Positions 31,674-40,035 of a stretch of 40,035 bases of DNA are shown here, piece by piece. The stretch's first letter is position 1, and every line of letters starts with the position of its first letter. Location: contig CAJINV010000025.1 of assembly GCA_905178155.1 (NCBI GenBank), positions 406,612 to 446,646 of the forward strand, read 5' to 3'. Position numbers and translations under genes: made by a program. The notes under the pieces were generated by a model. That model saw only the letters and a list, made by a program, of their open reading frames with translations, ran no database searches and was not told the origin of the DNA. The stretch comes from Amoebophrya sp. A120 (taxonomy: Eukaryota > Protista > Dinoflagellata).

Positions 31674-34600
31674 ATGAGTGCTGTGGAATCGACAGTACCC
31701 GCCAACAAGAGCTGCAAAATTAAGCCGCTCCCGCAAGGTTTGCGTCGCACGAATGCGAAAAAGCCGCCGCCGCCCGCTGCAAAGCATAACCTGTCGCTCC
31801 ACTATCCTGTGCAAAAGTATCGCACTCGTAGTAATTGCAGTCATGCATTACCAATCTCGTTCCCAAGGCAAATCAGCATGACAAATTGCATTTGTCATGC
31901 TGAGGGAATTTGTTATGCAATTTATACTAGTACGATACTTTTGCAGTTCATATCCACGTGACTCTGCCAACTACTACGAGGAGGAACATCACTGCCCCCG
32001 CTGCACAAAATCAACAACCGGCGACTTCGGTTGTCGTGCCGGCCGCGGCTGAAACTCAAACACAAACTACAGCTGTTGTGAACAATAATAATCAAACTAC
32101 GACTACTTCTTCTACTACTACTGCAACGACGAGTACGGCTTTCTCGAAGGCGACATCCAAGGCTGCCGGAGGGCCACCAAGTCTTGGAACGGTAGCTGCA
32201 CCCGCCCAACCCGAAGTAGAACTACCCGCCGAGCCCATTCCCGCCGTCTCCAAGGCCCGGGGCCCGCCTCCGCCGGGAGATGAAAACAGTACTAAACCGT
32301 CTACTTCCGACGGAGCAGCTGCACTAGGTGTAGACAACGACGACCTGCAGGCGCTACCCAAGGCGGTGCCGAAGGCGGGCTATCAACTGTAAATATCGCT
32401 CTGGGTCTGGAAGATTAAAACTTATCATGCTCAATCTGAATGATGCAAAAATCTGTGATATTGCGTGAGTACCAAAAGCCGTCCGCTTTTGACCAAATTG
32501 AGAGGGAGTTCCTCATGCAGGAAACGCATGATAGAGACCGCAAAGAATCTGTCATGCTAGGTCTCGCATTGCAGACCTCATGGCTCATGCAAAACGTGCA
32601 TGGCAAGTCTCAGAATCTTCCAGACTTAGACATATTTGCACTGCATACGGGCGGTTTGGTCGCGAAGCTCGCCGCGGTGGGCGTGAACGTGGAGCAAGCT
32701 GTATGCAAGAGAAAAAAGAAAAACTGTGTAAGCGTGACTTTGTGTTGCACACGCACGCAAAGCAATTCTCACTTGCTATGCTCAACATGCATTTTTACAG
32801 GCTAAAGTAGTCTCATATGTGTTTACTTTTATTTCATCGCGCACTATAATTTCTTGCGCACTAGACAGGCTTTCCATTACCTTTTTATTTCACTCGGGGT
32901 CCCTTTTGACCCCGAATAGATTTGAAAAGCCGTCCATGCCGTGCGGGTTCGAAAGGGGGTGCCTGGGTTCAAATTTTTATGGTTTTTGCTTGACAAACTC
33001 AATTATCTCAAGCTTTTCTTATTTCGCACCTGTTTCCGTCACCTCCTTAATTCATTCGGGGTCTCTTTTGACCCCGAATAGATTTGGTCCGCCCATACCG
33101 TGCGGGTTCGAAAGGGAATGCCTGGCTTCAAGTTTTTAGGGTTTTTGCTTGACAAACTCAATTATCTCAAGCTTTTCTTATTCCGCACCTGTTTCCGTCA
33201 CCTTCTTATTTAATTCGGGGTCTCTTTTGACCCCGAATAGATTTAAGAATCTGTCCATACCGTGCGGGTTCGAAAGGGAATGCCTGGCTTCAAGTTTTTA
33301 GGGTTTTTGCTTGACAAACTCAATTATCTCAAGCTTTTCTTATTCCGCACCTGTTTCCGTCACCTTCTTATTTAATTCGGGGTCTCTTTTGACCCCGAAT
33401 AGATTTAAGAATCTGTCCATACCGTGCGGGTTCGAAAGGGAATGCCTGGCTTCAAGTTTTTAGGGTTTTTGCTTGACAAACTCAATTATCTCAAGCTTTT
33501 CTTATTCCGCACCTGTTTCCGTCACCTTCTTATTTAATTCGGGGTCTCTTTTGACCCCGAATAGATTTAAGAATCTGTCCATACCGTGCGGGTTCGAAAG
33601 GGAATGCCTGGCTTCAAGTTTTTAGGGTTTTTGCTTGACAAACTCAATTATCTCAAGCTTTTCTTATTCCGCACCTGTTTCCGTCACCTTCTTATTTAAT
33701 TCGGGGTCTCTTTTGACCCCGAATAGATTTAAGAATCTGTCCATACCGTGCGGGTTCGAAAGGGAATGCCTGGCTTCAAGTTTTTAGGGTTTTTGCTTGA
33801 CAAACTCAATTATCTCAAGCTTTTCTTATTCCGCACCTGTTTCCGTCACCTTCTTATTTAATTCGGGGTCTCTTTTGACCCCGAATAGATTTAAGAATCT
33901 GTCCATACCGTGCGGGTTCGAAAGGGAATGCCTGGCTTCAAGTTTTTATGGTTTTTGCTTGACAAACTCAATTATCTCAAGCTTTTCTTATTCCGCACCT
34001 GTTTCCGTCACCTTCTTATTTCATTCGGGGTCTCTTTTGACCCCGAATAGATTTAAGAGTCTGTCCATACCGTGCGGGTTCGAAAGGGGGTCCCTGGGTT
34101 CACGTTTTTATGAGTTTTGCTTGACAAACTCAATTTTCTGAGGCTTTTCTTAGTCCGCATCTGTTTCCGTCACCTTCTTATTTCATTCGGGGTCCCTTTT
34201 GACCCCGAATAGATTTGGTCCGCCCATACCGTGCGGCTTCAAAAAGGGATGTCTGGGCTCAAGTTTTTGTAGTTTTTGCTTGACAAACTCAATTATCTCA
34301 AGCTTTTCTTATTCCGCCCCTGTTTCCTTCCCCTTCCTATTCCATTCGGGGTCCATTTTGACCCCGAGTAGATCTGAAAATCCCTCCATACCGTGCGGGT
34401 TCGAAACGGGATGCCTGGGCTCAAGTTTTTATAGTTTTTGCTTGACAAGCTCAATCTTCTGAAGCTTTTCTTCTTCCGCACCTGTTTCCGTCCCCTTCCT
34501 ATTTAATTCGGGGTCCATTTTGACCCCGAGTAGATCTCGAAATCCCTCCATACTGTGCGGGTTCGAAAAGGGATGTCTGGGCTCAAGTTTTTGTAGTTTT

Positions 34601-37600
34601 TGCTTGACAAACTCAATTATCTCAAGCTTTTGTTATTCCGCCCCTGTTTCCGTCGCCTTCTTATTGCGCTCGGGGTCTTTTGTGACCCCGAATAGATTTG
34701 AAAAGCCCACCACGCCGTGCGGGTTCGAAAGGGGATGTCTGGATTTGAGTTTTCGTGATAGTTTTTAGTATTGCTATAGTATACTACGCTAACACAATTT
34801 CATTCCTGGATGAGCTAACGAGGTAGGGACCGTGCAGCAGCAGCTCGGAGATGGCTCGTCTGGCGCGGGGGCCACCGGACGACAAGGACAAGATCCATCT
34901 GCGCAGCAGGAAGCGGACCGTAATACCAGCGCAGCAGCCGATATCACGGGAAAAAAGTGTTACAGTTACACATTTGTTGGAGTTTCTGCATCGCAAAGTT
35001 GCTCGACATGGCCAAGAAAACCTGTGATGCGCAGACTACAAGGGAAAACACGAGTGAAATGAGGCTGGCAACCATTTCCTGCATGACAAAGGTTGTCTGT
35101 CTTGCTGGTCTTCCATCAGAGTGTGTAACTGTAACATTTTTTTCGCAGGATAGCCGAGGACAACCTGGCGTTGTTTCGGAATATCACCAGACAGGTCACC
35201 ATATCCTGTGCAAAAGTATCGCACTCGTATAAATGCAAGTCATGCATTACAAATCTTGTTCCCAAGGCAAATCTGCATTACAAATTTTATTGGGTAAAAA
35301 GGACAAATCCCAAGAAGACTAGCAAAATCTCAAGAAGAAATGGACAAATCTCAAGAAGAAATGGGCAAATCTTAGGGTTTGGGTTTGGGGTCTAGGGTTT
35401 GGGGTTTCTGGTCGTCGGCCAGGGCAGCCGCCGCCGGCCGGCCGGCCGGCGGCGGCTGCCCTGGCCGACGACTCTCTCTTCTCGTTTTTGGAAGGTGGCG
35501 GCCCCGCGCCCTGCCCGCCTTCGTGTTTGTTCTGTCGCTTCCTTGGGGTTCTCCTGGTTGGCGCTGGCCAGCTCCTTGGCCGGCGGGCCTCGGGATTGGG
35601 GCACACAGCGCAGCCGCGCAGAACTTGGCGGCTTGGTCCCTCACCCGGGTCCCCCTCGCAGGGAGACCGCGGACGGGCCGCGGGGTGTCCTTGTGTATTT
35701 TTCCAGGCCAGGATGCCGTCGTGCATCATGTTATGCATGATGGAGTGTTGCTTGCAAAAAAACACAGTAGATTCAGAAGAACCGAATGCCCGCGAATAGC
35801 TTTGACGTGGCCCCGCACACCGTCGTGCATAACGTTCTCGCTCGCCAAAACATCTCCTTCTCTCCGCCCTCTGCTTTCCATCTGCTTTTCGCCTTCTCTC
35901 TGCCGTCTTCTTTCGATCTGCTTTTCGCCTTTTCTTTGCCCTCTTCCTCGATTCGATTCCAACGTAGAATAATGCGTTTCCACAGGCAGGAAGTTTTCAG
36001 TGAAAACTTCCTGTCTGTGAACTATACCATGGTGTATAAAGTTCTCCCTGAAAAATCCGTAACCATTCTTCTTGAGATTTTTAACAAGTCAAGCAATTTG
36101 AAAATTAAGCATTTTCTTTTTGGGGTGGGTTCTTCTTGAGCTTTTCTTCTTGAGATTTGTCCACTTTAACCAATTTTATTTCTCATGCTGAGGAAATTTG
36201 TCATGCATTTATACGAGTGCGATACTTTTGCAGTCCATACACCAGACGCGCCACGTCGGGGCTATGACCTGCTCAAACGTTACAACCTCAAACGTTACTC
36301 AATAGGATTTGGGTTTTGTATTGCATGACGAGCATGACAGACTCGGACAGCATTCCATTTTCTGCAATACAAATTTCGCCAAATTGTAGTGCGGATTGGG
36401 GCGACTCCAGAACTTGTCATGCGCATCAATCCTACGAGAGTCGGCTACTACGTAATGCACTTCTTGCAGCACACATTCCAGATTCTATGATAACCGATTT
36501 GAGATTGTAACACCTGAGCAGGTTATAGGGGCTGTACAAGCATGAGGAGTGGCTGGCCCGGCTATCAAATGTAAAAGTGTCTGGGTCTGGAGGATTCTGA
36601 AACTTGTCATGCATATTTTGCATGAGTCGTGATGTCTGTGATGCATGCCCTGGCATCACAGATTTTTTCTGGGCTTCTTGATCTTGATGCCTAGTCCGCA
36701 TGACAAATGCCCTCTCTCCGAAGCAAAAAATACACTCATTTTGCTGCTCATGCAATGCAGGTTTCTTTGGAATCCAAATGCAGCATCACAAGTTGCATTT
36801 TTCCAGACCCAGACACTTTTGCACTCGATACCGGCGGCATGACGACAAGGTCCGACGGATCGAGGAAGAAAAGCGCCAGGCACGTATCCTGTGCAAAAGT
36901 ATCGTAAAAGACTTCTACGTAGAAATCGCATCACAAATAGAAGCGCAGCATGACAGCGATAGAACTTGTAATTCTGATTTAATACCTCGGGAAGAAGATT
37001 AACATTTGCAGCCACGCATGTTCGCGATGTATTATTGGAACGAGCTGTACGATAGTACTTTTGCAATGCATAGCCCGACGCGCGGAACGGTGGTACAATA
37101 ACGATCGTAACAGAGAGGGCCGCGCCAGAAGTCGGCGAAACGACTCGCGAGGACGCAGGAGCTACGGGCGGGGGAATAAAAAAGATGACCGGGACGACCA
37201 CCGGGACAAAAATGTGAGCAGGAGCAGGGTACGGCGATTGTCCAGTCGCGATCGTCGGGACTCACGAGGCGGAAAAGGACGGGACAGGTATACTGAAGAT
37301 AAAGCAAGAGAACTTTGTTTTTCTTCTTATAAAAACCGTATATTTATTGTCATGCCTAAAAGTAGAAAGAGAAAAAGAACCAGTCATGCGTGATCTCAAC
37401 TACTTCTACACTTAGAATTTGTACTACTTATCACAGAAGCAGCTACCGCGATACAACGGCCCGAACTACTGGTGCAAACTCCCGCCGTCGTGAGGAAGAT
37501 GACAGCAGGGATGACAACTACCACAACGACAACAAAAACCGCTGCTCCCGGAGTCGTGGACGTGGTGGTCGTGGTGGCGGTGTGAATGGCAATGACAACG

Positions 37601-38794
37601 GTAAAAAAAAGGATAAAAAGCGAAACTACTCCGAGGACGAAAGCGAGAAGAATTACTCTACCAGCAAGAAGAACAAGAAACCTGCTCCCTCTTCGTCCAT
37701 ATGCATTGCAAAAATGTCTGCGTCTGGAAGATTGGTGCGGTTTGTCATGCTTGTCTGGCATGACCAAAAAATTTGTGATGCGTGTCAACGAAGAGACCCT
37801 TTTGCCTGTCATGCAAAAACGCAGTTTGTCATGCGAGAAACGCAATACAAGGAAGTGCAGATATTTCTCATGCTTGGCTGTGCATTACAGAGCATTCACT
37901 ATTCCCAACGCAGCATTACAAGTTTCCAGACCCAGACACTTTTGCATTTGATAGTCCACCGACGAGAGCAAGAAAAGAAGTGGCACTGGTGCTCCCGCGG
38001 ACAGGTAGAAGGATCTTAAGGAAAACTGTTTCTGGGTTTTATTTAACTCTGTCATGCAGAAATTGAACGTAGACAACGGCCCAATTCTAAGCATAATGTC
38101 GCTTGTCAACATCCGATGACTAGAGAATAACAAAAACCCTAGGAAAAAACTCGTGCACTATCAAATCGCTCCTGTGTACAAATACCTGTGCGTCCTGGCA
38201 AACACTTTTGCAGTCATGATCTAATGCTGAGAGCGCTTGAAGCGCTATAATCCGCCGAAAAAAAGAACAAAACTCTGGAAATTTCAACTTCTCTTCTGGG
38301 TATTAAACTAACAGGTCGACCAAAAAGCACAAGAAGGAAAAAGTAAGCAGGACATCAACATCTGACAGCCGGGAACAGAGTAACAGCAAGCGGAAGGGCC
38401 GTGGGGGAGACAAGAAGCAGAGTTTATTGTGAGGAAACGTTTTCGTGATCCCTCCTCCGCTTTTTGAAAAGGTGGTCTAGTACAACTTGTGAAAATTTGT
38501 GATGCTGATTTATTATCTGTGGCCACAAAGCGCACGCCTGTCCGTCTTGCACGAGGTTCCTGAGTTGTAAACCGCAAACATCCAGCATACACAAGTTTGC
38601 GTTTGAGTACGGGGAAGTAGATGGGGGATCAGCATTTTTGATTTTGATACAGCAGCAAGCAGAAAAACGACAGTCGAGGCCGAGATGACAGTCGAGGACG
38701 GGACGACAGTCGAGGCCGAGACGACAGTCGAGGCCGAGATGACAGTCGAGGACGAGATGACAGTCGAGGACGGGACGACAGTCGTGGGAGATAA
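31674..38794 (+). CDS. Hypothetical low-complexity protein ~544 aa (T/P/A-rich N-terminal half, R/S/D/K-rich C-terminal half ending in DSRGRD repeats). Exons 31674-31802, 31958-32380, 32653-32701, 34818-34941, 35158-35201, 36245-36262, 36533-36562, 36836-36884, 37078-37287, 37437-37699, 37959-38004, 38315-38424, 38655-38794
   Basis: 1635 nt open after removing 10 TIR elements (+5 nt each) and two GT-AG introns. Start codon uncertain, as the frame is open back to ~31596. Confidence 0.75.
31803..31952. mobile_element. Family C TIR element acting as intron
   Basis: TATCCTGTGCAAAAGTATCGCACTCGTA...TACTAGTACGATACTTTTGCAGTTCATA; repeat TCCAC. Confidence 0.92.
32381..32647. mobile_element. Family A TIR element acting as intron
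   Basis: Family A TIRs; repeat CGGGC. Confidence 0.9.
32702..34812. mobile_element. Family D-like element expanded to 2.1 kb by a satellite, acting as intron
   Basis: TATGCAAGAGAAAAAAG...ACACAATTTCATTCCTGGATG; flanks AGCTG/AGCTA; removal gives in-frame EQA-DEVGTVQQQ. Confidence 0.72.
32865..34770. repeat. 162-bp (159-bp variant) tandem satellite, ~12 copies, each with hairpin ATTCGGGGTC-N6-GACCCCGAAT
   Basis: GACAAACTC marker at 32992, 33151, 33313, 33475, 33637, 33799, 33961, 34123, 34282, 34444 (variant) and 34606. Confidence 0.96.
34942..35152. mobile_element. Family D TIR element acting as intron
   Basis: TATCACGGGAAAAAAGTGTTACAGTTACA...TGTAACTGTAACATTTTTTTCGCAGGATA; repeat GCCGA. Confidence 0.93.
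35202..36239. mobile_element. Family C TIR element acting as intron, hosting a nested element
   Basis: TATCCTGTGCAAAAGTATCGCACTCGTATAAATGCA...TGCATTTATACGAGTGCGATACTTTTGCAGTCCATA; repeat CACCA. Confidence 0.92.
35292..36171. mobile_element. Nested non-autonomous element with 9-bp TSD (Mutator-like)
   Basis: TSD AATTTTATT (35283-35291, 36172-36180). TIR GGGTAAAAAGGACAAATCCCAAGAAGA / TCTTCTTGAGATTTGTCCACTTTAACC. Subterminal TCTCAAGAAGA repeats. Confidence 0.88.
36263..36527. mobile_element. Family E TIR element acting as intron
   Basis: TATGACCTGCTCAAACGTTACAACCTCAAA...TTTGAGATTGTAACACCTGAGCAGGTTATA; repeat GGGGC. Confidence 0.9.
36563..36830. mobile_element. Family A TIR element acting as intron
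   Basis: Family A TIRs; repeat CCGGC. Confidence 0.93.
36885..37072. mobile_element. Family C TIR element acting as intron
   Basis: TATCCTGTGCAAAAGTATCG...TACTTTTGCAATGCATA; flanks GCACG/GCCCG. Confidence 0.83.
37288..37436 (+). other. Putative canonical GT-AG intron
   Basis: ACAG|GTATAC...TCACAG|A; AT-rich; joins two RS-rich ORF pieces in frame. Confidence 0.65.
37700..37953. mobile_element. Family A TIR element acting as intron
   Basis: Family A TIRs; repeat GTCCA. Confidence 0.92.
38005..38314 (+). other. Putative canonical GT-AG intron
   Basis: ACAG|GTAGAA...CTAACAG|G; removes an in-frame TAG and continues K/R/S-rich coding. Confidence 0.62.
38425..38649. mobile_element. Degenerate family B element acting as intron
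   Basis: TATTGTGAGGAAA..CCCTCCTCC...GGGGGATCAGCATTTTTGATTTTGATA with B-type interior; flanks GAGTT/CAGCA; the +5 rule restores the frame. Confidence 0.65.
38669..38791 (+). repeat. 18-bp coding tandem repeat, ~7 copies, encoding DSRGRD
   Basis: GAC AGT CG. GG. (C/A)G. GA(C/T); all variation between copies is synonymous in this frame. Confidence 0.9.
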
Positions 38795-38817
38795 AAAGAC
38801 ACTGCATCTTCAGCATT

Positions 38818-38985
38818 TATCCTGTGCAAAGTATCGTACTCGTGAAAGGTAAGAATTGCAATGATGCATGGCCAAACTTTTTTCCATATGCAATTCACAA
38901 TGGCAAAGAACGGAAGAACTCCATTTGTCATGCTGTAGCAAAAATGCAATTCCTATTAGCACCTACGACACTTTTGCCATCCATA
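38818..38985. mobile_element. Family C element, degenerate, just downstream of the stop codon
   Basis: TATCCTGTGCAAAGTATCGTACTCG...TACGACACTTTTGCCATCCATA; no matching flank repeat. Confidence 0.65.
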
Positions 38986-39788
38986 AGCGGTGTACAACCA
39001 GCACAATCTCGACGTCCAGAACTCGTTTGCACAATCTCGGGCCGCTCGAGACGACCGAACGACCAACTACACCTTTTTTCCAGAAGAAGTAGAAACACGA
39101 TTAGTTCTGTGCCGGTTGCATCGAAGAAGATGGAAGCAGGTCTCACCGATAATTGCGTGAAGATCTCATATGCAAATCGGCCATTAGCTAAGTTACCCGG
39201 AAGAGAATTATTCAACAGAGATTTTTTCAACAAGGAAAAGTTTTGTTGGATTGGCGACTACACCTCGATTTTTTCATATCACTTTATTTCATCATCAAAC
39301 AACCAAAAGCACGATACAAGGTTTTCGACATCCACCAAATATACGACTAGTATTTCGAACCGCGACCATAACTTTGATGTCCGCGGCGCTGCTTGGTTTT
39401 GTCGAACCGAAGAAACCACAGCGGATGTATTCTTTTTGCTGCGAACTTCATGAAGCTGTCGAACGAATCAATGCACAATCCGCATGACAAAGTGCTTGCG
39501 GCAAGATGAGCTGTGGAATTTGTGTTGCAAAAAACCGCGATGTTCTAACCGGCCGGGGAAGAGAAATAGATGATGATGAGATGAAGATAAAAGTCGATGT
39601 GAGGACGAAGCGATGCTGTTCTTTTCTACCAATCAATTTTTGATGTTTGCCGAATCGAAAAGATGTTGATAAATTGCTGCTTGTGAAACTCAAACTGAGT
39701 GCTTGTCTTTTTTGAATTTGTATTGCGTTTTTCCGACATCACACGATGGAAATGTTGGAATGAAAATTTGAGTTTCAAACAACCACCA

Positions 39789-40035
39789 ACAAGTCTTAGA
39801 ACCGTCCAGACCGAGACACTTTTGCACTTGATGCGTTTTGCTACTCGACAGTGGCCTACTTGCGGAATCGGCGGAACCGAAACGTGGCCGTGCAGGACTG
39901 CATACGGCAAGAAAGGGCAAAAATGCAGGACGAAGAGGATCAACATCTTGTAGCGGACAGAAGACGCGACCGCACGGAGTGGAACGACAAAAACGGCGAA
40001 ACACTCACAAAAGCGGATCGTGGCAATGACCCAGA
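39789..40035 (+). repeat. Near-identical duplicate of 28769-29015 (right TIR of a family A element plus following exon), running off the window
   Basis: Same sequence at an offset of 11020 bp with a few substitutions. Confidence 0.93.

Noticed and set aside
32940-34735. GGGTTCGAA in each 162-bp unit as a tRNA T-loop or B-box
   Set aside because: The flanks do not form a T-stem, and no cloverleaf or A-box is evident.
11033-38066. ORF-track peptides sharing FQTQTFLHLI / KMSGSGR / KCKNVWVWK motifs as a protein family
   Set aside because: These are the three-frame translations of the family A TIR.
38824-39453. 209-aa ORF
   Set aside because: It starts inside a family C element and the remainder has no recognisable features.

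Overview
This is eukaryotic, repeat-rich DNA, and almost none of the supplied ORFs are complete genes. The main structure is about 38 short (mostly 150-330 bp) non-autonomous elements in five families (here A-E). Well-preserved copies begin TAT(C/G), end (G/C)ATA, carry 20-30 bp terminal inverted repeats (TIRs) and are flanked by a 5-bp direct repeat. Deleting each element plus one repeat copy (TIR-to-TIR + 5 nt) rebuilds three long + strand genes by hand translation: (1) a signal-peptide GT47/exostosin glycosyltransferase, 10990-15108, with 7 elements; (2) a ~722-aa unknown membrane protein, 17816-30607, with 15 elements; (3) a ~544-aa low-complexity R/S/D/K-rich protein, 31674-38794, with 10 elements plus 2 GT-AG introns. 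The elements therefore behave as non-GT-AG, orientation-independent transposon-derived introns (introners). This resembles what is known from Amoebophrya/Syndiniales, but the organism is my inference. Some elements have grown to 2-7 kb by hosting satellite arrays, or contain nested 9-bp-TSD elements carrying telomere-like repeats and perfect palindromes. The first 10 kb is mostly satellites, minisatellites and a 2.3-kb inverted-repeat-bounded element. I saw no transposase, CRISPR array or structural RNA gene. All coordinates and joins were read by eye; junctions are ambiguous within each 5-bp repeat.
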